A DNA stretch of 64,000 nt from a virus (lineage: Duplodnaviria > Heunggongvirae > Uroviricota > Caudoviricetes), in the IMG/VR virus record IMGVR_UViG_3300035208_002606; one strand, given 5' to 3'. The notes under the pieces are model-generated. The model was not told the origin of the DNA. It ran no database searches and saw only the letters and a program-made list of their open reading frames with translations. A program made the position numbers and the translations under genes. Below, one piece after another: positions 35,059-43,911 of this stretch (positions within the stretch are counted from its first letter, which is position 1; each line of letters opens with the position of its first letter).

Positions 35059-35685
35059 ATGGGAACAATTTATATATCAACTAATCTAGTGAATCAAAAG
35101 CAATATGTGGGGCAAACTACTAGAAATTTACAGGAACGAAAAAACAACCACAAAAAATTTTCTTATTATTTTGGGGCCGCATTGAAAAAATACGGTTTAG
35201 AAAATTTTAAATGGATTCATTTTGATTGTGCTATTGAAGAGTTAGATTGGGTGGAGACTTTTTTAATAAAAGAGTTAAAGACATTGGCCCCGAATGGATA
35301 TAACTGTGAAACTGGTGGCAATAAACAGAAGGTAATGTCAAAATCATCTAGAAAAAAAATGTCAAAGGCTAAGAAAGGAACAATTATGTCAGAAGAAAGT
35401 AGAAAAAAAATGTCAGAAAGGAGAAAAGGAGTTAAATTTTCAGAAGAACATAAATTACATATTGCAGAAAGTAAAATGGGTGAAAAGAATCCTATGTTTG
35501 GTAATACTCACTCTAAAGAAGTTAGACAAAAATTATCCGAGTTTAATAAAAATAAAATACTTTCAAATGAGCATAGAGATAAAATAGCAAAAACACTTAT
35601 TGGTCATTCTGTTTCCGAAGAAACCCGACAAAAAATTTCAGAAACTTTAAAAGCGAGAAATAGGAAATTTAAAAATGTCACTTAG
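35059..35685 (+). CDS. GIY-YIG homing endonuclease with NUMOD3 repeats
   Basis: GTIYISTNLVNQKQYVGQT; repeated SEEsrkKMS. Confidence 0.85.
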   Translation: MGTIYISTNLVNQKQYVGQTTRNLQERKNNHKKFSYYFGAALKKYGLENFKWIHFDCAIEELDWVETFLIKELKTLAPNGYNCETGGNKQKVMSKSSRKKMSKAKKGTIMSEESRKKMSERRKGVKFSEEHKLHIAESKMGEKNPMFGNTHSKEVRQKLSEFNKNKILSNEHRDKIAKTLIGHSVSEETRQKISETLKARNRKFKNVT

Positions 35686-36754
35686 ATATAGTTCAAATAT
35701 ATATTTTTATAACCGCAATATTAAAGAAATAATTATTGGTTTTTTAAATTTATTTACAGATATAAAAATTGGAAACTACTCATCAGAAACAGGACTCTTA
35801 AATTCTACTTCTCCTGTTAATATTCTTTTCGGACCACTAGAAAGGTCATCATACATTAACTCCAAAGGCGAAACTGTTCAGCGCATTGTTCAAATGCCTT
35901 TACTCCATTTTGAATTGACGGGGTTGGAAAAAGATAAAAACCGTCAATTTGCTATGAAGTCTCTACATATGCAAGGCCAGCGTTCGGGCTATGAATATGA
36001 TGTTTTAATGCCCGTACCTTATAATTTTAGTATTACAATGACAATATATAGTAAATATCAGGAAGAGTTGATGCAATTGATAGAGCAGATAGAACCAAAA
36101 TTTAATTTACATGTGGTATATTATCGTAAACACCCAATTTTTCCCGAAGAAATCACTCTTTCCCATTGGGCTAGTATTACAACTCCCCCCTCTTTTGCTT
36201 TTAATCACGAATATTCAGCAGAACAACGCAGGGACATTCTCTCCGTCCCAATCGGGTTCACAATTGAAAGTTGGATGGTACGAGAAGCGTACGATGGAAC
36301 CGGAATCATCAAGGAAATCATCACCAACTTTAAAGAATACGACACGCAAAAAGGGTTGGAACAAGTCCGACTTGTTGCCGACCCGACCATCAGGGATTTG
36401 TATTTCACTCCTGACGCTCTGTATTTTGCGCCGACCTTAGGAACATTAATTTCAGGAACCTATCACTCGGCATATATCGTTGACATGCCTGAAGACGGAC
36501 ATTTCATCGTTAAGTTCGGAGATGAGAAACATGTATTTCTTACGAATGAAACTTTGCGGGTCGGGAGCAATGCCATTGGCACAACAATTTCCTGCGAACC
36601 TTACGAGCCGTGGCGACAGAGTAACTACGGGTGGTCAGGATATAGTAATTTAGTGTGGCGAAGCGGCTATCCCGGACCATCAGGCTGGACAGGATACTCG
36701 GAAGTGTGGGATTCGTATTCTGGATATAGTGAATTTATAACAGAAATTATATAA
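35675..36754 (+). CDS. T4 gp15-like tail terminator/sheath stabiliser
   Basis: MPVPYNFSITMTI...QLIEQI.P.F pattern; upstream of the sheath; SGx tail. Confidence 0.7.
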   Translation: MSLRYSSNIYFYNRNIKEIIIGFLNLFTDIKIGNYSSETGLLNSTSPVNILFGPLERSSYINSKGETVQRIVQMPLLHFELTGLEKDKNRQFAMKSLHMQGQRSGYEYDVLMPVPYNFSITMTIYSKYQEELMQLIEQIEPKFNLHVVYYRKHPIFPEEITLSHWASITTPPSFAFNHEYSAEQRRDILSVPIGFTIESWMVREAYDGTGIIKEIITNFKEYDTQKGLEQVRLVADPTIRDLYFTPDALYFAPTLGTLISGTYHSAYIVDMPEDGHFIVKFGDEKHVFLTNETLRVGSNAIGTTISCEPYEPWRQSNYGWSGYSNLVWRSGYPGPSGWTGYSEVWDSYSGYSEFITEII

Positions 36755-37341
36755 TGAATATAGAAGAAAAAAAATTAGTAAAAAAATTATATGATGCCGA
36801 AAAGTATAAAAAGAATATAGAAAAAATAAAAATACGGAAATTAGAATATAATAAAAATCATAAAAAAGAAATAAAAATATATAATCAAAAATATATACAA
36901 ACCCATAAAGAAGAAAAAAGAATTTATGATAAAAAATATAATAAAAATCTTACAAATGAAATAAAAGATAGGAAAAAGAAATATAATAATAATAAAATAA
37001 AAACAGATATTAATTATAAAATTTCTTGTAGATTACGAACTCGTTTATGTGTATCTATTAAAAATAATCAGAAAGTTGGTTCTGCCGTCAAAGATTTGGG
37101 TTGTTCTATTCCCGAACTTAAACTATACTTGGAGTCCAAATTCCAAGAAGGAATGTCATGGGATAACTGGAAACACGATGGTTGGCATATAGACCATATT
37201 ATTCCTCTATCTTCTTTTAATCTTCAAAATAGGGGGGAATTTTTAAAGGCAAACCACTACACAAACCTTCAACCGATGTGGGCTGAAGAGAATTTATACA
37301 AAGGAAGTAAAAATGATAAACAGGAACGAGAAAAAACATAA
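36754..37341 (+). CDS. HNH homing endonuclease
   Basis: WHIDHIIPL...HYTNLQPMW. Confidence 0.85.
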   Translation: MNIEEKKLVKKLYDAEKYKKNIEKIKIRKLEYNKNHKKEIKIYNQKYIQTHKEEKRIYDKKYNKNLTNEIKDRKKKYNNNKIKTDINYKISCRLRTRLCVSIKNNQKVGSAVKDLGCSIPELKLYLESKFQEGMSWDNWKHDGWHIDHIIPLSSFNLQNRGEFLKANHYTNLQPMWAEENLYKGSKNDKQEREKT

Positions 37342-37376
37342 ATAGTAGTGATGGTATTTATATATGGAGGGTTATA

Positions 37377-37700
37377 ATGGACGCGGAAGCAAAAGTTACA
37401 ATCGTGAATAAGAGTTCTACTGTGGCAACTGTTACCTACACCAATTGGACTGACAATACTTCGAAGTCGTTGGTTCTTCCTGCGGGTAGCAAATTCATCA
37501 CCTATAATTGGTGGGAATTGGATGATACAGGAGTGGAGAAGGTCGCTGCGGATGAGAATGTATTGAATCTCCCTGTTTACGATGCTCATGATGCAGGAGA
37601 TGTTTACACAGGAACTCTAGTCAAAGTCCTGCTTACGGACTTTGCATATGACAAAGATAAAATGTCGGTTAAATTGACCGCTGGTCAATATACTGAATAA
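37377..37700 (+). CDS. hypothetical structural-region protein
   Basis: Late box at 37337; SD GGAGGT. Confidence 0.7.
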   Translation: MDAEAKVTIVNKSSTVATVTYTNWTDNTSKSLVLPAGSKFITYNWWELDDTGVEKVAADENVLNLPVYDAHDAGDVYTGTLVKVLLTDFAYDKDKMSVKLTAGQYTE

Positions 37701-37711
37701 GGAGAACCACA

Positions 37712-40228
37712 ATGGCAGAATATATCAAGCCTAATATTTACATCAACGAGTTCGACAAGTCCTCGTACATTACCGAAGGCGCAACAACGGTTACGGGTAT
37801 TGTCGGAACTTCAAGCAAGGGGCCAGCAAACGAAATCATTTTAGTAACCTCATATGCAAATTATACCGACATGTTTGGAAAGGACAGCGGATATCTTGAC
37901 TTCTTCGCTCGCTTCTTCTTCAAATACGGCGGCAATAAATTGCTTGTTGTTCGGGCAACCGACCAATATAACTTTGCAGGCATCTGCAACGGCCTTGACT
38001 CTATCTACGAAATCGTAGGTGAATTGAGTGCCAACGAAAGCGATATCCCCATCACCCATGTTTCAGGACCGACCATCGATGCGTATGACGGCACTTGGCC
38101 TCATTCAGGTCTCGCCGCACTTACCTACAATGGGGAGACTGAATATGTCATCTATCGTGAAATCATCGGTACGGACGCTTTGGATACTGTTGTCCTCCAT
38201 GACTGTATCAGAGGCGTAAACGCCACCAACGAAACTGTTATCGCAACTTGGGGTATTACGGTTACGGCAAACCCCACAACTGACTTCTTCGAAACGACAA
38301 ATCCGCACGGATTGAGAAACGGGCAAAATATCCAATTCACCGATACAGAATGCGGCGTTACTGCGGATACAAATTATTGGGTCATCAACAAGACCTCCAA
38401 GACTTTTCAAGTTACTGCCATCAACGGCGTTTCAACCCCTGTACCTTTGACAGGAACATCTTTGAGCAACACCGTTAATAGAATTCCTATCCCAACAAAA
38501 TACATCAGTCCCGTTTGCCCTGTTGTGTGTGGTGAAGTAACCTCAGGACAAGGCACAACTACTGTGGCTTTTGAGGAATTAAATTACGGTCAACTTATCG
38601 TGGGCAAGCAAGTAATGTTTAACGACCCGACAGACCCATCAGAATCTTATTCACTATACACCATTTCCTCAATCGACACGGCATTTAATGAAACAACAAG
38701 AACACAGACAGTTGTGTTCTCTGCGGCTGTTCCTGCGGCTGTGGATGGTACTTGGGCCTGCATGGTTCTTGACCCGTTCTACGGCGAATTCGGAACTTAC
38801 ACTCTGCCGATGTACATGAATTATGACGCATGGTCATTGCCAAAGTATGACTCCACGGGAACATATGTGGAGAAGGGTGCGGGAATTTCCGACCCGACAG
38901 AAAGGGCAATTTTCATGCAGATTTATGCCCGTTCCTGCGGCAAGTGGGCCAATACGGATGTAAGAATCAGCGTATACAACAACGATGCATGGAATTCTTC
39001 TACAGAAACTCCATACTTCAAAAACAAGATTGAATTTGTCCCAAGCACCGATGACGAGTTTTTGATTGTCGTGGAAAGTTATGCAACGGGGGCTATTGAG
39101 GAATCATGGCTCTGTTCGTTAATCCCAGGTAAGACGGATTATTGGGGAAAGACGATGTTCGTGACCGACCTTGTAAACGACAATTCAGAATGGATTCGTG
39201 TGTTCGTAAATCCCGACTATATTGCGGAGATTGATGGAACCTTTAACAAGTTGAAGGAAGACGGAACTATTGACTCTATTACTTATCTTCCGCACAAGAT
39301 TGAAAGATACTACCTTGGGGGAGGCACGGATGGTTCCGCAAGCGTGGCAACATTGGGCGCAGGCGGCATTCCTCAGGTTCGTGAGTACAAAATCATGGAC
39401 TGCTACAACCTCTTCTCCAACAAGAACGAAGTTGACATTGACATCATTTCGGCAGGCGGCAACCAATCCCTAGCGGTTCAGGTGAACATTAAGTCTATTT
39501 GCGATACAAGAATGGACTGCGTGGGCATTCTGAATATTCCTTGGGGTCTTTCAATTGCCGATGCTGTGCGTTATAAGAACTTAGTTGGTTCATCTACATA
39601 TTCAGCAATCTATTGCAACGGCTCCAAGGTGCTTGACTCCTTCACGGGGTCAATCGTATCTCTGCCGCCTGCAATTCAGGTAACTCCTTTGATTGTCAAG
39701 ACCGACCTCATTCGTGAGCCTTGGTACGCAGTCGCAGGATATAACCGTGGCATGCTGAACGAAGTTATTGAGTTGGAGCAGAACATCACAGACGGAGATT
39801 TTGAGACTCTGTATGCCGCAGGAATCAACCCCATCATCAACGATGGCGCGGGTCCTGTAATTTACGGCATCAAGACAATGTACGTGGGTTCTTCGGCGTT
39901 CAACAAACTCACCGTTCGCAGGCTGATGCTGAAGATGGAGAAGGATATCAAGAACAGCATGAAGGCCTTCTTGTTCGAGCCTAACACTTTCGACACAAGA
40001 TTGCGTATCGTGCGTACTTGCGAACCTTATCTTGAATCGATTAAGGCAAGGGACGGCATTGAGGACTTCCGTGTAATTTGCGATGATACGAACAATACGA
40101 ACCAGACTATTGCTTCGGGTCAAATCATTTGCGACATCTACATCAAGCCTGTGTTTGCGGCTGAGTATATCATCTTCAACTTCACGGTAACAAAGGACGA
40201 GATTTCGTCTATAATTAGCAACACATAA
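37712..40228 (+). CDS. contractile tail sheath protein (gp18-like)
   Basis: PNIYINEFD, PWYAVAGYNRG, VRRLM...FEPN and DIYIKP motifs. Confidence 0.95.
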   Translation: MAEYIKPNIYINEFDKSSYITEGATTVTGIVGTSSKGPANEIILVTSYANYTDMFGKDSGYLDFFARFFFKYGGNKLLVVRATDQYNFAGICNGLDSIYEIVGELSANESDIPITHVSGPTIDAYDGTWPHSGLAALTYNGETEYVIYREIIGTDALDTVVLHDCIRGVNATNETVIATWGITVTANPTTDFFETTNPHGLRNGQNIQFTDTECGVTADTNYWVINKTSKTFQVTAINGVSTPVPLTGTSLSNTVNRIPIPTKYISPVCPVVCGEVTSGQGTTTVAFEELNYGQLIVGKQVMFNDPTDPSESYSLYTISSIDTAFNETTRTQTVVFSAAVPAAVDGTWACMVLDPFYGEFGTYTLPMYMNYDAWSLPKYDSTGTYVEKGAGISDPTERAIFMQIYARSCGKWANTDVRISVYNNDAWNSSTETPYFKNKIEFVPSTDDEFLIVVESYATGAIEESWLCSLIPGKTDYWGKTMFVTDLVNDNSEWIRVFVNPDYIAEIDGTFNKLKEDGTIDSITYLPHKIERYYLGGGTDGSASVATLGAGGIPQVREYKIMDCYNLFSNKNEVDIDIISAGGNQSLAVQVNIKSICDTRMDCVGILNIPWGLSIADAVRYKNLVGSSTYSAIYCNGSKVLDSFTGSIVSLPPAIQVTPLIVKTDLIREPWYAVAGYNRGMLNEVIELEQNITDGDFETLYAAGINPIINDGAGPVIYGIKTMYVGSSAFNKLTVRRLMLKMEKDIKNSMKAFLFEPNTFDTRLRIVRTCEPYLESIKARDGIEDFRVICDDTNNTNQTIASGQIICDIYIKPVFAAEYIIFNFTVTKDEISSIISNT

Positions 40229-40239
40229 GGAGAGTAAAT

Positions 40240-40800
40240 ATGGCTGATACAACTGTTATTTCACCAACAGCGTTTTTTGAGAGGACAATCGGCAAGTTAG
40301 GCCCAAGTACAGACTATCATCGTCAGTATTTGTTTCAGGTATGGTTGTATCCCATTCCGGGGGTAAGTGATTCCTCTATTATCACCTACTTCATGGGAAG
40401 CACACAATCTCCTGTCGAGACCACGGGTGTTATCAATGTTCCGTGGATGAACTCCGAAGTTAAGATTGGTGGGCAAACCAAGTATTCGGAGTGGTCGGTA
40501 ACGGTCAGAGACGATACGACTTCGATGGCATATAACTACTTCAAGATGTGGAGACGGTTGGTCTATCAAACGAAGGACGGAGCGGGAGAACTAAGCGGCG
40601 GTCAATCGCATATTCCTAATCAATATAAATATCCTATCGACCTTTATCTACTCGACAATCGGGGAAACCATGACAGGGGATATAAGATTGTCAACGCATG
40701 GCCTGGGTCAATCGGTCAGATGACATTAGACTATGCAACGGAAGGCATCATCACCTTCCCTGTAACGATTAACTTTGACGAGTTCGAGCCGACAGTCTAA
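40240..40800 (+). CDS. tail tube protein (gp19-like)
   Basis: KIGGQTKYSEWSVTVRDD...AWP..IG...LDY...F.VT. Confidence 0.85.
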   Translation: MADTTVISPTAFFERTIGKLGPSTDYHRQYLFQVWLYPIPGVSDSSIITYFMGSTQSPVETTGVINVPWMNSEVKIGGQTKYSEWSVTVRDDTTSMAYNYFKMWRRLVYQTKDGAGELSGGQSHIPNQYKYPIDLYLLDNRGNHDRGYKIVNAWPGSIGQMTLDYATEGIITFPVTINFDEFEPTV

Positions 40801-40849
40801 GGGATACAAATTTTCTGAAGCGGTTGATTACGGAGACCAAGAAGACTAA

Positions 40850-41581
40850 ATGGCTGAAACGAAATTAATCACAGTTAATCAATTCGCAAGCATTATCAAC
40901 GGCATAGAATATCAGAAGACTTATCTTTTTAAGATTCATTTGCCGCTAATACAAGCCCCTATGATGGGAATCATTTCTCCTGGGGAGCAATTTAATCTTT
41001 GTACTGCTTCAACGGCCTTTCCTATTGCACAGGCGGCTACACAAAATATAGCCTATTATAACAGCGAAATTAAAATTCAAAATAAAACCACATACAGCGA
41101 TTGGAGTGCAACATTCAGGCTTAACTTGGCAGGAGAGGGAGTTGCCAAGGGAAATTTTGTAGATATGAGTAAACTTCAGGCTCTTATTCAACAACAAACA
41201 TCCTTTTGGAATAAATTGCCTGGAATTACTGATTGGAATATAAGCACTCCTACAGCGGCGCTTCTTCAAGGGAATAATTTTTTAAAGGGAGAAAAAACCA
41301 TCAGCACTTTTCGTTATTTTTATGAATGGATGATGATTGCATATAATTCCTCTTCTAGGGTTTCCGATTTACCAAGATATTATAAAAAAGAAATATCCTT
41401 AATACTTTTGAATGAACTTGGTGAAGAGCAAAAAGATGTGAGTTTTACTCTAGAGGGGGCATTTCCTGTTAGGATTAGCGGAGGCAATTTGGATTATGCC
41501 AATGATTCCATCTTGACCTATAATGTCGATTTTGCTTTCGACAGATTTTATGTCGGCCTTACAGCACCAATCGAAATATGA
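40850..41581 (+). CDS. tail tube paralogue
   Basis: TTYSDWSATF...GAFP...LDY. Confidence 0.7.
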   Translation: MAETKLITVNQFASIINGIEYQKTYLFKIHLPLIQAPMMGIISPGEQFNLCTASTAFPIAQAATQNIAYYNSEIKIQNKTTYSDWSATFRLNLAGEGVAKGNFVDMSKLQALIQQQTSFWNKLPGITDWNISTPTAALLQGNNFLKGEKTISTFRYFYEWMMIAYNSSSRVSDLPRYYKKEISLILLNELGEEQKDVSFTLEGAFPVRISGGNLDYANDSILTYNVDFAFDRFYVGLTAPIEI

Positions 41582-42093
41582 ACTATTTCAACGATAATAA
41601 AGACTTTGGCATAAGCACTTTTAACAAGGCTATTATCAAGGACTTTTTTCGCACTTACCTTTTCAAGGTAGTGATGGGGGATGGATTCGAATGTCATTGG
41701 ATTTCCAACACCCAAACCCCAATAGTGAATACAAGCGCACAAGTGGTTGATTACATGCACACGCAAATCAAAGTGGGTGGCAAAACCCTGCCGCAACAAT
41801 GGCAGATTACCGTGAGGGACGATGCTGACGGCAAGGCCTTTGCTTATTTTAACAATTGGCGCAGGGAAATTTATCCCATCATGACAGGGACACTTCCAGG
41901 TCGATATAAAAAGGATATAAACTTGATACTGATATCCCCAAAAATCGTAACCCCGCAAAGAAATTATATCATTCGTGGGGTTTGGCCTATGGAAATCGGC
42001 AACATCCAACTTGACTATGAGTCGGACAATATCAGCACATTTCCCATAACCTTGTCGTTTGATTATTACGACATTGCAGGAGTGGGGGAATAA
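41578..42093 (+). CDS. tail tube paralogue
   Basis: KVGGKT...WQITVRDD...GVWP...LDY. Confidence 0.75.
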   Translation: MNYFNDNKDFGISTFNKAIIKDFFRTYLFKVVMGDGFECHWISNTQTPIVNTSAQVVDYMHTQIKVGGKTLPQQWQITVRDDADGKAFAYFNNWRREIYPIMTGTLPGRYKKDINLILISPKIVTPQRNYIIRGVWPMEIGNIQLDYESDNISTFPITLSFDYYDIAGVGE

Positions 42094-42094
42094 A

Positions 42095-42643
42095 ATGGGA
42101 ATCTCACCTTCTGATTTTCAAAGAGTCATCGATAAATACTATGATTTGCATAGGGCTTATCTATTCAAAGTGTACTTTTACAATAATGAAAATACTGAGG
42201 GTTTAAAAGACGAACCTGTTTTCATAACAGACCTGATTTCGGCAACCGAAACCCCTGTCTCTACAAGCACTCAACTTTCTGTGGGTTGGATGGGCAGTAA
42301 AGTTAAAGTCGCAGGGAAGACTGATTTTCAGGATTGGAAGGTTACAGTTCGAGATGATTTAACTAATCGAGCCTACAATTTTTTCCAACAATGGAGAGAA
42401 GAAGTTTATAATCTTTTTGACGGAAGTAGTGAAGGATTGGAAAATGTCGGATATAAAAGGTCGGCAATAGTTCACCTCTTAGGTGGGATAAACGATATGA
42501 CTGAATTTGGCAGACTCTATAAAATTGAAGGAATTTGGCCCAAAGATATAGGGGCAATTACTTTGGATTATGCAACTGAAAATATTTCTACTTTCCCCGT
42601 TACTTTTTCCATTGATTATTATTCTCTCCAATCCCAAAATTAA
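42095..42643 (+). CDS. tail tube paralogue
   Basis: KVAGKTDFQDWKVTVRDD...GIWP...LDY. Confidence 0.75.
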   Translation: MGISPSDFQRVIDKYYDLHRAYLFKVYFYNNENTEGLKDEPVFITDLISATETPVSTSTQLSVGWMGSKVKVAGKTDFQDWKVTVRDDLTNRAYNFFQQWREEVYNLFDGSSEGLENVGYKRSAIVHLLGGINDMTEFGRLYKIEGIWPKDIGAITLDYATENISTFPVTFSIDYYSLQSQN

Positions 42644-42702
42644 AGAAAAATAAATAATTCAATAAATAACATTGTATCAGTACAAAGGAGGATTTTGTAT
42701 AA

Positions 42703-43653
42703 ATGGAAACACAACAAAAAGATTTACAACAAATTGCGAGACAAAAAATGCAAGCGACTACACCGCCTGTAAATGCGCCTGTGGTTGCGCCTAGTCCTGC
42801 TCCTGCTCAGGCTCCTGCTTCTGTTTCTATCAGCGAGTTCGAGAGGGTCAGCGCATTGCCACCCAATCATATTCTCAATATCACGAAAACGATGAAGGAG
42901 AGAAGGACAAGGCAGACTGTGTGGTTTGATTTCGCACTACCTTCCAACGGAAGGTGCGGATATCCAAAGGATATCAAACTGCGGGAACTGACAACGGAAG
43001 ATGAAAAAATTCTTATCAAGGAAATGTTCGCTTCCAAGGAAAATTCCCTTCTGAATGTCATTGCCAAGTGTGCCAAATTTGAAGGGGTGGAAAACTTCAA
43101 TTGGGAAAACTTGACGGTATTCGACCAAGACTATATTCTCATTGCCTTATCCACGATTACCTTTCCAGGAAAAAAGGACATTCAGATTACAGACGATGCG
43201 GGACATAAAGTCACAGTCGAATTAAAGAAAGAAGACCTCAGTTTGACTCAGTTGTCTACGGACGCTGAATATCCCTTTAAGGTGGAACTACCGGAAACAA
43301 AGTTTAATTGGTATTTGAAGTTCACAACCCTTAAAATGCTGAAGGAAATTGACAAGCAGATGCAGGCTCTTCCTGACGATATGCTGACAAGGCTCCTTAT
43401 GTCGATTGCCCACGCAACGGATAAAATTGTAACAACAGATGGCAACGAAGTCAAATTCGACAATTACTTCGAAGTAATTAAACTTCTTGATACTTTACCG
43501 ACATCAGACTTGAAGGTAATCATCGATTATTTCAACGACAAAACGACTGCGGCATACGGCTACAAATTACAAAAAGAATATTACTGTGCTACTTGTGTCA
43601 AGGGAGGTACAATAGAGTTGGAACCTCTCACCTTTTTTCGGATTACAATATAA
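42703..43653 (+). CDS. gp26-like baseplate hub / tail assembly chaperone
   Basis: LPSNG...LRELTTEDEKIL; located between the tubes and the tape measure. Confidence 0.7.
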   Translation: METQQKDLQQIARQKMQATTPPVNAPVVAPSPAPAQAPASVSISEFERVSALPPNHILNITKTMKERRTRQTVWFDFALPSNGRCGYPKDIKLRELTTEDEKILIKEMFASKENSLLNVIAKCAKFEGVENFNWENLTVFDQDYILIALSTITFPGKKDIQITDDAGHKVTVELKKEDLSLTQLSTDAEYPFKVELPETKFNWYLKFTTLKMLKEIDKQMQALPDDMLTRLLMSIAHATDKIVTTDGNEVKFDNYFEVIKLLDTLPTSDLKVIIDYFNDKTTAAYGYKLQKEYYCATCVKGGTIELEPLTFFRITI

Positions 43654-43843
43654 ACCCGATTTTCTTGTCAACCGTTACCGGGATTTATTGACGGAGATTT
43701 TTAATCTCTGCTACAAGGGTAACTTGGGGGGAATTGGGGATATATTGGATTTGACTGTAAACGATAGAATCATTTTATTGGATATCTATCTTCGGGCAAA
43801 GGCACTAGAAGAGAAAGAACGAGGCAACCAACTAAAATTATAA
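43634..43843 (+). CDS. 69-codon +1-frame extension (gp51-like / chaperone 'T' part), no ATG
   Basis: Open frame FFGLQYKPDF...DILDLTVNDRIILL...KL* begins within TTTTTTC. Confidence 0.65.
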   Translation, partial: FFGLQYKPDFLVNRYRDLLTEIFNLCYKGNLGGIGDILDLTVNDRIILLDIYLRAKALEEKERGNQLKL

Positions 43844-43911
43844 GTTCTTATTTTCTCTAACAATAAATAGAAGTAGAGATTTCAATTCTTCTCTTTAAGG
43901 ATTTTTCAAAA

